A DNA stretch of 64,000 nt from Dictyostelium discoideum (taxonomy: Eukaryota). Each line of letters starts with the position of its first letter. Within the stretch, counting starts at the first letter, position 1. This document shows, one piece after another, positions 1-11,549 of this stretch. Location: positions 7,520,001 to 7,584,000 of the forward strand of contig CM000151.3 of the NCBI GenBank assembly GCA_000004695.1. Reading direction: 5' to 3'. Made by a program: the position numbers and the translations under genes. Under the pieces are notes generated by a model that saw only the letters and a program-made list of their open reading frames with translations, was not told where the DNA came from and searched no databases.

Positions 1-249
1 TATTTTACCAAATTTAACACATTTATTAATAGGTACAACTAATAATTGTTGATAGAACTTGTTGTTGTTGATTTTCATCCTCATTGTTGTAAACTTTTAT
101 TCGAAAATTTTTCTTCTTCATTCTCTTCATGTAAGAGTTCTAATTGGTCCATTTCATTTTGTAGAATTAAGAAAAACCAAATTGGGAGATTATGGGTGAA
201 AAAATTGGTTTTTTCTAAAATATCATCAAAATTAATAAAAAAAATATGA

Positions 250-692
250 TTTCAGCTTTTTTTTTTTGAATTGGATAACGCAATTATTATTTGCTTCTCC
301 TTGAGATGCTAGATCTCATTTTATTTTATTTTTTTTTTTTTTTTTTTTACAGGGTCTCTAAAAGAGGGGTTAGTTTACTTTTTTTTTTTTTTTTTTTTTG
401 TTTCGAATTTTGAATTGTATTATTACTTTTGATTAAAACATCTTTTTTGTCCAAACTTTTTTCTAAATCTTTTTTTATTTTATCGTCTGGTTCGTGATTG
501 ATGTTTATGACGTATTTGAATTGTTTTTTTTTTAATTGAGTTTTATCCACAATTTCGCTTATTTTTTGTAGGCATTTGTGTTGCTTAATATTTGTGGTGT
601 TGTTTGTGAGTTTCATTTTATTTTCTTTCTATTTTTTATATTTTTCTTTAAAAAGTTAAAAATCTGGAAATTTTCTGATTAACTTGGGTTCC

Positions 693-760
<68 letters not shown>

Positions 761-1136
761 AATGAATACTTTTTATTGGAAAAAGGAATTTTTCAAAAAA
801 AGGAATGGTGGTGGTGGTGTGTTTTTTTTCAACCGAATAATTTTTTGCTTTTTTTTGAAAATTTTGCTCACCAAAATTCTCAAACCGAAACACCAGGTTC
901 TTTTTAATTAAACATCTTTTTTTTTCCAACCTTTTTTCTAAAAACTTTTTTAAATTATCGTCCGGGTTCGGAATGAAGGTTAAGCCGGAATTTGAATTGT
1001 TTTTTTTTTTTAAATGAGATTTATACACAAATTTGCCTATTTTTTGTAGGCATTTGTGTTGCTTAATATTTGTGGTGTTGTTTGTGATTTTCATTTTATT
1101 TTCTTTCTATCTTTTTTATTTTTCTGATTAACTTTG

Positions 1137-1140
<4 letters not shown>
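250..1140 (-). mobile_element. Older nested or truncated TRE5-type retrotransposon fragments. They comprise two truncated ORF1 5' ends, a diverged A-module-like segment at ~780-900, and oligo(A/T) junctions.
   Basis: ORFs 347-616 and 648-1094 on the minus strand share the MK(I/L)TNNTTNIKQHKCLQKI N-terminus with ORF1 at 1491-2825. The segment 'ttttttgaaaattttgctcaccaaaattctcaaaccgaaaca' is a diverged copy of the A-module core. The junction motif 'atgatttcagct' at 246-258 also occurs at 4385-4397. Confidence 0.5.
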
Positions 1141-1194
<54 letters not shown>

Positions 1195-1490
1195 TTATAG
1201 AAAGTACTGAGTGAATTATTGTATTTTTTGAGATGTTTAGGAAGTTCTATTGCGGGTGTTGATGATGATTTGTGACACCCCTTGTCCTGTTTTATCAATT
1301 GGTGCGTGGTGTGTTATTTTGTTTTTATATTGTTGATTTATTGAGTAAATTTTATTTGTTTTTATATTTGTTTCAGTTAGAAGTGCTGCGTCCAGCTTGT
1401 TGTTGTCTAAAACGGTGTTTATTATGCTGGCAGATTGGATGGTGTTGGATCCTTGGACGTTCCAAACACCTATTCTTATTGTGTTTTTCT

Positions 1491-2825
1491 TTATAGTTTT
1501 ATTTGGGGTAGATTTTTATCTACCTTTTGAAGTTTCTGGTTTATTTTGTCTTCTAACTGATCTTTACTTTGTTCGTTGTGTTGTTGGTCTTGTGTGTTTG
1601 TGGGGTTTTTTGATTTATTGATTTGTTTTAGAATTTCCTTGTTGAAGTTGTCTATATCTTCATCCATTTTTGTTTTTATGCTTTTTTGTCCATATTCACC
1701 CAATTTTGGTTTGACTGGTGTTTTGTTGGTCTTGTTTGTTTTGTCTTGTTGTTTCTTTTTTGGTGTGTTTAACAATTTACTTGGTGAATCGATAATTTTC
1801 GATGGTGTACCATAGGTTGGGCTGAAACTCATGATATGTTTTATTGGAGAGGAGAAGAACCATTGATTTGAAGGGATTGAAAGTGGGAATTCTATTTTTC
1901 TTATTGCATCAGTGTTTGGGCTGGTGAAGTCGAAGATATCATTTGCCTCTCTAAGTTTTTCTTCCGTTGTTAGTCCCTTTGTTTCGCCGTGTTGTTTTAT
2001 TGGTGTATTGTATGGAGATGGTGGTTCGATAGGTTTTTCTGATTTTGTTTTAATTTCTTGATTGTTTATCGATTGTGTATTGATCTCATTCTCTATTCTT
2101 GTTAGTTCATCTACGTTTTCTAGTGATGCTTCTATTACCTTTTGAGCTGTATCATCTAGGGCCATAAATGTTTTATCATTAGATGAGGATGTGATTGGTG
2201 GGATAATGATTGTTCTTTTTCCTTGTTTTGGTATTTGTTCTGATGTAGATTGTGGTTGTTGTTCATCTGATTGTTTTTTATTTTTGTTTTCTTCTTGATT
2301 TTCTGGTAATGAGGTTTGATCTCTCCATCCTTTGTTGGAGTGACCAATTAATGTTAGATTGTCTAGTTCAATGATAGTATCATATTCTTCTACGACTCTT
2401 TTCACTGTTTTGATAATTAGAGTTTCGCCTTTAATTTCAGATTTAATTAGTTTACATCCTTCATTTTCTATTACCCATTCTATTTCTGTGAGTGATTTAT
2501 ACCAATCGAAATCCGTATACATATTTTTTGGTCTTAGAGTGGTTATAAATTGTCCTTTTAATTCTGCATCGAACATATTTACAAAATAGATTACTGTACT
2601 AATACTGTCTGTGAGAATTTTGAATGTATTATTACTTTTGATTAAAACATCTTTTTTGTCCAAACTTTTTTCTAAATCTTTTTTTATTTTATCGTCTGGT
2701 TCGTGATTGATGTTTATGACGTATTTGAATTGTTTTTTTTTTAATTGAGTTTTATCCACAATTTCGCTTATTTTTTGTAGGCATTTGTGTTGCTTAATAT
2801 TTGTGGTGTTGTTTGTGATTTTCAT
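1491..2825 (-). CDS. Retrotransposon ORF1 protein (444 aa) of the TRE5-A-like element
   Basis: Uninterrupted 444-codon ORF starting MKITNNTTNIKQHKCLQKI. The same N-terminal sequence recurs in two truncated upstream copies, at 347-616 and 648-1094. Confidence 0.6.
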   Translation of the reverse strand: MKITNNTTNIKQHKCLQKISEIVDKTQLKKKQFKYVININHEPDDKIKKDLEKSLDKKDVLIKSNNTFKILTDSISTVIYFVNMFDAELKGQFITTLRPKNMYTDFDWYKSLTEIEWVIENEGCKLIKSEIKGETLIIKTVKRVVEEYDTIIELDNLTLIGHSNKGWRDQTSLPENQEENKNKKQSDEQQPQSTSEQIPKQGKRTIIIPPITSSSNDKTFMALDDTAQKVIEASLENVDELTRIENEINTQSINNQEIKTKSEKPIEPPSPYNTPIKQHGETKGLTTEEKLREANDIFDFTSPNTDAIRKIEFPLSIPSNQWFFSSPIKHIMSFSPTYGTPSKIIDSPSKLLNTPKKKQQDKTNKTNKTPVKPKLGEYGQKSIKTKMDEDIDNFNKEILKQINKSKNPTNTQDQQHNEQSKDQLEDKINQKLQKVDKNLPQIKL

Positions 2826-2900
2826 TTTATTTTCTTTCTATTTTTTATATTTTTCTTTAAAAAGTTAAAAATCTGGAAATTTTCTGATTAACTTGGTTCC

Positions 2901-2952
<52 letters not shown>

Positions 2953-2955
<3 letters not shown>

Positions 2956-4397
2956 TCTTTTTTATATGAAAAATGAAATAATCAAAAAAAGAGATTGTTG
3001 TTGTTGTTTGTTTTTTTTCGATCTGATTATTTTTTGCTTTTTTTTGAAAATTTTGCTACGCAAAATTCTCAAAACGAAACAAATAATAAATTACAATAAA
3101 GTAAAAAGATGGCTTTTTAAGATAGTTTATTTATTTATTTATTTGTTTTTTAAGTCTTTTTTATATGAAAAATGAAATAATCAAAAAAAGAGATTGTTGT
3201 TGTTGTTTGTTTTTTTTCGATCTGATTATTTTTTGCTTTTTTTTGAAAATTTTGCTACGCAAAATTCTCAAAACGAAACAAATAATAAATTACAATAAAG
3301 TAAAAAGATGGCTTTTTAAGATAGTTTATTTATTTATTTATTTGTTTTTTAAGTCTTTTTTATATGAAAAATGAAATAATCAAAAAAAGAGATTGTTGTT
3401 GTTGTTTGTTTTTTTTCGATCTGATTATTTTTTGCTTTTTTTTGAAAATTTTGCTACGCAAAATTCTCAAAACGAAACAAATAATAAATTACAATAAAGT
3501 AAAAAGATGGCTTTTTAAGATAGTTTATTTATTTATTTATTTGTTTTTTAAGTCTTTTTTATATGAAAAATGAAATAATCAAAAAAAGAGATTGTTGTTG
3601 TTGTTTGTTTTTTTTCGATCTGATTATTTTTTGCTTTTTTTTGAAAATTTTGCTACGCAAAATTCTCAAAACGAAACAAATAATAAATTACAATAAAGTA
3701 AAAAGATGGCTTTTTAAGATAGTTTATTTATTTATTTATTTGTTTTTTAAGTCTTTTTTATATGAAAAATGAAATAATCAAAAAAAGAGATTGTTGTTGT
3801 TGTTTGTTTTTTTTCGATCTGATTATTTTTTGCTTTTTTTTGAAAATTTTGCTACGCAAAATTCTCAAAACGAAACAAATAATAAATTACAATAAAGTAA
3901 AAAGATGGCTTTTTAAGATAGTTTATTTATTTATTTATTTGTTTTTTAAGTCTTTTTTATATGAAAAATGAAATAATCAAAAAAAGAGATTGTTGTTGTT
4001 GTTTGTTTTTTTTCGATCTGATTATTTTTTGCTTTTTTTTGAAAATTTTGCTACGCAAAATTCTCAAAACGAAACAAATAATAAATTACAATAAAGTAAA
4101 AAGATGGCTTTTTAAGATAGTTTATTTATTTATTTATTTGTTTTTTAAGTCTTTTTTATATGAAAAATGAAATAATCAAAAAAAGAGATTGTTGTTGTTG
4201 TTTGTTTTTTTTCGATCTGATTATTTTTTGCTTTTTTTTGAAAATTTTGCTACGCAAAATTCTCAAAACGAAACAAATAATAAATTACAATAAAGTAAAA
4301 AGATGGCTTTTTAAGATAGTTTATTTATTTATTTATTTGTTTTTTAAGTCTTTTTTATATGAAAAATGAAATAATCAAAAAAAGAGATTGTTGTTGT
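2953..4397. repeat. Tandem array of 7.2 copies of a 199-bp unit (TRE5-A A-module, which contains the promoter)
   Basis: ORF-track artefacts at 2966, 3165, 3364, 3563, 3762, 3961 and 4160 are exactly 199 bp apart and have identical translations. The last partial copy ends in ...gagattgttgttgttgtttctatgatttcag at about 4397. Confidence 0.9.
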
Positions 4398-4450
4398 TGT
4401 TTCTATGATTTCAGCTAAAAAATTTAAAAAAATTTAAAAAATATCAAAAT

Positions 4451-4521
4451 GGGAGATTAGTTAAGTGGTATAATGCTACCTTTGGGTGGTAGCGTCCTGA
4501 GTTCGATTCTCGGATCTCCCC
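4451..4521 (+). tRNA. tRNA-Pro (anticodon UGG), 71 nt, no encoded CCA, followed by a T-rich Pol III terminator
   Basis: Hand-folded cloverleaf. Acceptor GGGAGAT pairs with ATCTCCC. D-stem is GTTA/TAAT with a GG-containing loop. Anticodon stem is CTACC/GGTAG with loop TTTGGGT (U33, anticodon TGG, G37). T-arm is CTGAG-TTCGATT-CTCGG. Discriminator C is followed by 'attctttta'. Confidence 0.75.
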
Positions 4522-4552
4522 ATTCTTTTATTTCCTTGTGAATTTAATCGAG

Positions 4553-4563
4553 GGTTCGACTCT
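4553..4563 (+). promoter_or_regulatory. Extra downstream B-box (ex-B box, GGTTCGACTCT) about 32 bp 3' of the tRNA gene
   Basis: Matches the Pol III B-box consensus GGTTCGANTCC and sits outside the tRNA body. Dictyostelium tRNA genes are known to carry such an element. Confidence 0.6.
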
Positions 4564-5078
4564 CGTTTCAAATGTTTTTTTGAATAGAAACATTAACATG
4601 TCAACCTACTTATTTTTCTATTGTACCAAGACTATATCCTATATAAACAATACGAAACTAAAGGATTTATATTCAAAGCAACAGTAGAAATATCAATTGG
4701 TCAACAAAAGGATCAAAAATTGAGACAAAATTGTAAATAAAATCACACCAATTATAAGGCACTATATGAAAAAAAGTTCATTAAGTAAACATAGATTATA
4801 TTCAAGAGATTTCTCAATCCTTAATTTGTTTGTTTAACAGATAACCAGATCAAATTATAGAAAGGCTTAATGGGAATGGGTAAACTTGATCATTTTTATT
4901 GGAATTAAGTACAAGAGAAACAACATTTGAATATGTTGAATGATTAGAAACTGATTCATAATTAAAACTTGGTAAATACTAAAATACTAAAAACTAATTG
5001 AATTAATTGCGTTGGCTATCAGGGTCTTGATTAATCGACACTACCCTGCAAAACAAAAAATTAAATAAACACCAAGTT

Positions 5079-5116
<38 letters not shown>

Positions 5117-5348
5117 AAAAAATAGTATAATATTATTACAAGAAATATTTAGGAAATTTTAAAGAAGTTTATTTTGGTAAAGTATAATTTATAATATTTA
5201 ATATAAATATTTAAAGACTTGGAGCACCAAAATTTTTTTTTAAATTATTTATAATTATTAAATAACTAAAGAAAAAGGATTTGTTTGATACCACATTAAA
5301 GAGAGTAAAGGAGAATTTATCTTGTTGTTGTTGTTGTTGTTGTTGTTG

Positions 5349-5728
5349 TTAACATAAATCTTTACGAGTTAGCATACCAACTACATTATTGAAAACATTA
5401 ATTACAACCATATGTCTTAAACCAACTTGACGGAAAATTTGATAGGCTTCACTTAAAGAACTATAGTTTTTAATAGAAACAACTGCAAAATTCATATATG
5501 GACGTAAATCAATATACATATCCAAATCTTCCTTTGTAATTAATTTACTAAGTTCATGAATTGGTGGAATTTTACTTGCTAATTCCTGTGAAAATTCTGT
5601 ATGATCAATTGGTAAATTATAACCTTTATCTGATATAAAATCAATATTCTTTAAATCTTCTGGTGAATTAAATATTTTTCTTCTTAATAGTACTGAAAGT
5701 TGACTTCTTAATATTAATCCACATAATA

Positions 5729-5813
<85 letters not shown>

Positions 5814-7903
5814 TAAATTTAATGATAAAGACAATTGATTTGAATCATTTAAATTTGAATTTGAATGTAATTGTGGTAACATAACAACAGGAAAACCATT
5901 ATGTGGACAAGTTTCTAAAATTGTTAAAGCTGTTTTAACTTTTACAATTTCAGGTAAAGTTTTTACATCAGTTGACATTGCTTCAGCAACGGTTTTCTTT
6001 CTAAGATGATTTGGTGGTTGACTATTTAAGTAAGGGATATGTTTTAATTCAATTAAATGTTCATAAATACTTTCATTGAAAATGTCACCACACCATTTAC
6101 CAACCATTACAGATAAAATTACAGGTAAAAGATATTGAGTAGTTTCTGTAAGTTCAACGATAATAACAACCAATGAAATTGTCATTCTTAATGAACCAGC
6201 CATCATACTAGCGGCACCAATTAGGGCATAGATTGAAGGATCGATCGATGTGAAATATTTTGATAAAAATATACCAATTAATCTACCCCAAGAACTACCA
6301 ATTAACATCATTGGAATGAAAATACCACTTGCAACATATAAACCACTTGTAATAATAGTCAAAACATAATAAAATATTGAAAATGTTAAAAGTGTTTGAG
6401 CTGTGAAAATATTTGTTGATCTACTGAATACAATTTGTAAAGAATTCTCCAAGGTTGTTAATGTTAATGTTGCCATTGGATTATAATAACCCTCGGCACA
6501 ATTGAATTGATTTAAAATCAGTGTAGAATCATCACCTGGGTCACATGTACCCGGTGTTAATCCTGATATACCACTGATGGGTCTACAATCTGCTAATAGA
6601 GCTGGAAAGAAACAAACTACTGATGACAATATTACAATTACACAAACTTCTATCATTTTATAAAGTTTTGATTTATTTGCAAATAATTTCTTTCTCCAAT
6701 GATTGACACGTACATTAACATGTACGAAAATGGCACCTAATAAGCCACCAATAATACCCATAATCATAAATGGTATCAACTCAGTGTAGGTGTAAAGATA
6801 GGATTTTGAAACACCAAATGTCAATACACCATAGTCATGAATTTGTTGAGTGAAACCTTGTAAAAACAAATTTGCAGTCATGGTTGCAATTAGACAGGAG
6901 AAAAAGGTACGCCATGTTAACTGACGAGACCAAAATGATGAGCCCTCTTCCAAGCAAAACAAAACCCCACCAATTGGTGCACCAAAAGCTGCAGCAATAC
7001 CAGCAGCAGCACCACATGATATAAAATCACGTTTATCACTATCGTTTTGAAAGATCCAAAATGATTTCAAGTGAAATTTCAATGTTTTCGATTTGAATTG
7101 ACTCATTGATGATCCAATACCTGCACCAATATGAAACATTGGTCCCTCTGGTCCCAATACTAATCCCGATGAAAATGAAAATATTAATGATACCAATTTA
7201 CCCAATACTGTTTTCAAATTGAATGCTTTTGAAATTCTTATTCCATTTAAATAACCTTTTACTTCTGGTAAACCTGATGAACTTGACATTGGTCCAAATA
7301 TACAAACTAATAAACCACTAATTAAACCATAACATAAATTAAATCCTAAATAAACTAAAAATGGTATAAATATTGTTGATTCTGTTGAATAAACTATAGT
7401 TTTAAAAATAAAAAGAAATAAAATTATAGTTGTTAATAAATTTTATAAAAATTTTTTTTTTATTTTTTTTTTTTATTTTTTTTTTCAAAAAAAAACTTAC
7501 ACTTTTTAACTTGAGTTAATTTAAGTGATTGTAATTGATCAACAGATTCTTTTAAACAATAACAAACTAAACCAACAACGACACCAATTAGAGTACAAAT
7601 TACCCATTTACCTAAAGTTTTTAAAATTTTTTGATATTTCTTTTTTTCAAATGTATATTTCCTATGAATTATATTATCGATTGCATTAAAATCTAAACTT
7701 TCAAAATGACTCATCAATTCTCTATCGGTTTTAGTTGTCATTTTATGATGTCTTCTATGAGTTATTGATGTCTGATTACCTCCAAAAAAGTTTTTACCAC
7801 TAAAAAATCCATTATCTGTATCACAATCTTTATTTCCATCAATATTTAATAATAAATAATCATTACCATTTATTGCCGTACCTGCTTTATAATTATTACT
7901 CAT
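5349..7903 (-). CDS. ClC-family voltage-gated chloride channel/antiporter with C-terminal CBS domains. Model is complement(join(5349..7354,7501..7903)), about 802 aa.
   Basis: Exon 1 (7903->7501) encodes an ...[11 protein letters not shown]... N-terminus and one TM helix. The donor is aag t|GTAAGT at 7500 and the acceptor is tttttAG| at 7355, giving a 146-bp AT-rich intron in phase 1. Exon 2 carries the ClC signatures G(S/L)PEVK, GPEGP and GxFxP, then a CBS pair split by a 28x AAT (poly-N) tract. Confidence 0.8.
5737..5820. repeat. (AAT)28 coding microsatellite encoding poly-N in the ClC CBS-domain linker
   Basis: A perfect run of attattatt... on the plus strand, which reads AAT codons on the minus strand. 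Confidence 0.9.
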
Positions 7904-8418
7904 ATTTTTTTTTTTTTTTTTTTATTATTATTTCGTTATTATTATTATTATTATTATTATTTTTGTTTTTTATTTTAATCTATTATTATTATTATTATTT
8001 TTATTATTTTGTTTATTTAAAAAACGAAAAATAAAAATAGTGTATTCAAAGCTTTAAATACGTTTATTATTGTTTTATTTTTATTTTTTTTATTTTTTTT
8101 TTTTTTTCTTTTTGAGAAAAAAAAATTAAAAATAAAAAAAAAAAGTTTTTAGTTTCCTCAAAAATTACCTTTAGCCAAAAAAAAAAAATAAAAAAAAAAA
8201 AAAAAAATCAAAAAAAAAAAAAATCAAACCCAATTTCGTTTGATTGAATATTATTTTAAATTAAATTAATAAAAAAATAAAAAAAAGTGGTATTTGTTGA
8301 TCTTAATCATTCGAAACAAATATCTTTGGTTGGGTGATTATATTTTATTATTTTATTTTTTTTAATTTTTTTTTATTTTCCAAAACACACTCCAACCACA
8401 CCATTTTTTTTTTGCTAT

Positions 8419-8451
<33 letters not shown>

Positions 8452-8688
8452 TAATTTATTTTATTTTTTTTCTTTTTCTTTTTTTTCCTACACTTCAATA
8501 ATATAATAATAACCCAAAAAAAAAAAAAAAAAAAAAAAAGTATTCAAAATATATAATCCAAAACAAAAAACCAAAAAAAAAAGCCAAAAAAAAAAAAAAA
8601 AAAAAAAAAAGCCAAAAAAAAAAAAATAAAAAAGAACAACAAAAAAAAAAAAAAAAAAAAAAAGAATAAAACAAATAAAACAAATAAA

Positions 8689-9336
8689 ATGAATATTGAA
8701 GATTGGTCAAAATTAGTTAATCAATTATTACCTGAGCAAAAATCAGAAAATAATAATGGTAATAGATATTTAATTGAAACTTTATCAATGGGAAAAAGAA
8801 TTGTTGAACCAAAGAATTGGTATTCAAATTTATCAGAAATTGAAATTAAAAAAAATAAAAAATCAAATACTTTTCACTCAAAAACCAAACCAATAATTAA
8901 ACAACACCAAAATCAAAATAAAGAAGGACTAATTATTAAATTTCAACCAAGATTTCCAATAATTGAATTAGCAACTTCAAATTTTATTGAATTATTATTT
9001 AATGATTTATCAATTAATAATAATAATAATAATAATATTTATAATAATAATAATAAAATTGATATTCAAAATAATAATAATCATAATAATCATAATTATA
9101 ATAATAATATTACACCTTATTCAGAATTTGGTATAATTAAAGTAAAAGATTCATTAATTTATCCAGTAATAATACAAAATCATATTAAAGGTGAAAGTTT
9201 ATATGAAGTAATTAAAAAAGGTGACCCTGAAAGAAAGTTGGATAATTTAGATCCTTATTCTTTATCAAAATTATTAATTACAACCATTTTAATTAATCCT
9301 TATCATTCCGATTTTAATGATTTTATTTTAATTCCA

Positions 9337-9426
<90 letters not shown>

Positions 9427-10048
9427 TTTAATAGCGAAGAGGATGAAAGTGATACAATGACAAGTTCAAGTTCTAATAGTAGTACTAGTACTAGTGGTAG
9501 TGGTGCTTGTAGTAGTAATAATATTAATATTAATAATAATAATAATAAAATTAAATATAAAATTATATCAGTTAATAATGAATTATCATTTTTACCAAAT
9601 TCAACACAAATTTTAAAAGAAGGTTGGTTTTGTTCAACAAAATTCTCACATCAAACAACATCATTATTATATTTATTAAAACAAATTCATAATAAAGTTG
9701 ATGATAGGGTAATTGAAATCATTAAATCATTAGATATTTTAAAATTTTTAAAAGATTGGATAACCTCAATAAATGATTTAAATGATAAATCAATTCAATT
9801 ATTAAATAAATCAAATCATTTAATAATAAATAGATCAAAAAGTAATTTTAAAAATAATCAAAATCAAAATAATAATAATAATAATGTAAATGTAAATATT
9901 AATGAAGAAATTATTAAAAGTGGTAATGATAATACACATTTTGAAATCCAATTGCCAATTGGTTTAATTAAATCATTATATTGTAAATTAATAAGATTAA
10001 AAAATGAATTTAATAAATTAATTATACCATTATCACCAAATCTAAAAG

Positions 10049-10087
<39 letters not shown>

Positions 10088-11283
10088 TTAATAATAATAA
10101 AAATGAAATTAAAAATAAAAATAAAACACATTGGGAATTATTAGAAATTATTGAACCAATTGTATCAAATAGGTATTGGATTAATCGTAGTAATAATAAT
10201 AATAATAAAAAAGAAGGAAATGAAAAAAGAAAAAATCAAAATTGTCAAGAATTATTTGAAAAATTTGAAAAGATTAAAAATGATCAATATTTAATAATTG
10301 ATCAAGAATTACCATTATTATCAACATTGATAAATGAGAGTAGAGTTAAATCGTATTATAAACAAAATGATATTTCAACAAGTTTGCCAACTTCAATAAT
10401 ACTATTAAATGAATTGAATATAATTATTAATGAATTAAAAATGGTTAAAGAATTTAATGATGATATCGTGGGTTCAAAATTACTAAACTCATTTGAAAAA
10501 GAGAAGAAATTATCATTACTAAATTTCACAAGTATAATAATAGAAGAGTATGTTAACAATAATCTATCAAACCAAGTTTGGACAAAGTTTGAAAAAATCA
10601 TATTTAAAATATTATCAAACTCAAATGATCTTAGAAATATTGTTATTAGGAATAGTGTACAACTATTCACAAATAAATTATTCAATACGGTTCAATCGTT
10701 ATCGGTATTAAGGAAAATTAAACTAGTTAATTGTTTGAATTTAACTGATTTTTCAAATCACTCTGATTTAGGCGGTGAATTGAAGTTACCATCTTTATCG
10801 AAATTACAATTAATAGATTGTAAAAATTTAAAAACAATTTCTTTAACTGCTTATAACTTACATTCAATTAAAATTACAAATTGTATGGATTTAGTTGAAT
10901 ATCAAATTTATTCACCTGAATTGTTTAAATTGGTTTATCAATTCTCTTTAATCAATTTAAATAATTATATTAAGTTTTCAAATTGTTCTTATTTACAATT
11001 TATTGATATTAGTAATTGTAAATTAGTTAAAGAATCAATTACAACTTTAGATTTAAATAAATGGAAATATCTTGTTGATTTAAAAGCTGAAAATGTACAA
11101 TTCCTTGAAAAAATCATTTTAACTGAAAATTTAATTTATCTTCAATCTTTAGATTTTACAAATTGTCAATCATTCAATGAAATCATTTTTAAACAAAATA
11201 GTTGTTTAAATTTAAAAAAATTAATTTTAATTGGTACTCAAATTCAAAATCAAGAAATTCAATTAATAAATTTATTAAAATAA
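8689..11283 (+). CDS. Leucine-rich-repeat protein of 864 aa, single exon, with several poly-N tracts
   Basis: ATG-initiated uninterrupted ORF. The C-terminal ~250 aa are cysteine-containing LRRs of FBXL/Skp2 type (LxxLxLxxCxxL...). No F-box is recognisable by eye. Confidence 0.6.
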
Positions 11284-11549
11284 ATAATATTAATAATAAT
11301 AATTATTATAATTTTTCTAATAAGTGTAATAATAAAATTGTATTAAATAAAAAAAATTAAAATAAAAATAATATAGTATAATAAAAAAATAAAAATAAAA
11401 ATACTTTTTATGTAAATATTAGTTTAACCCATTTTTTTTTTTTTTAATTATTCTTTTTTTTTATTTTTATTTTTATTTTTATTTTTATTTTTGTTTTTAG
11501 TTTTCTATAATTAATATTAATATTTTTATATTGAATTATACAAAGAACA

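Larger units (their letters stand above)
1141..4397 (-). mobile_element. TRE5-A (DRE)-type tRNA-gene-targeted non-LTR retrotransposon, internally deleted variant. On the minus strand it runs 7.2 tandem A-modules, a 63-nt oligo(A), a short B-module-like leader, ORF1, a ~290-bp 3' region, then a 52-nt oligo(A) tail.
   Basis: The 5' end lies ~53 bp upstream of a tRNA gene, as expected for TRE5. A-modules of ~200 bp are tandemly repeated. The intact 444-aa ORF matches the expected TRE5-A ORF1 size of ~51 kDa. A poly-T run on the plus strand at 1141-1192 marks the element's 3' A-tail. The family assignment comes from memory of DRE/TRE5-A architecture, not from a search. Confidence 0.6.

Noticed and set aside
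2953-4397. Regularly spaced 199-bp direct repeats that could be taken for a CRISPR-like or satellite array
   Set aside because: There are no unique spacers and whole units are identical. The context is eukaryotic, next to a tRNA gene and a retrotransposon ORF1. The units are best explained as tandem A-modules of a TRE5-A element. The repeated 69-aa 'ORFs' in the track are artefacts of the repeat.
4995-5025. Perfect 6-bp-stem hairpin CAGGGT-n17-ACCCTG in the ClC 3' region
   Set aside because: A short stem with a large loop and no supporting context such as a polyA signal or a repeated copy. Eukaryotic 3' ends do not use such terminators. It is noted but not annotated.
8495-8710. ORF encoding a poly-Phe/Leu 'protein' (and similar ORFs at 20435-20665, 33839-34084, 39549-39798, 47679-47861, 50721-50981, 53995-54240)
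   Set aside because: These are translations of homopolymer A/T spacers or introns. They have no start context or codon structure, and several overlap real introns or promoters.
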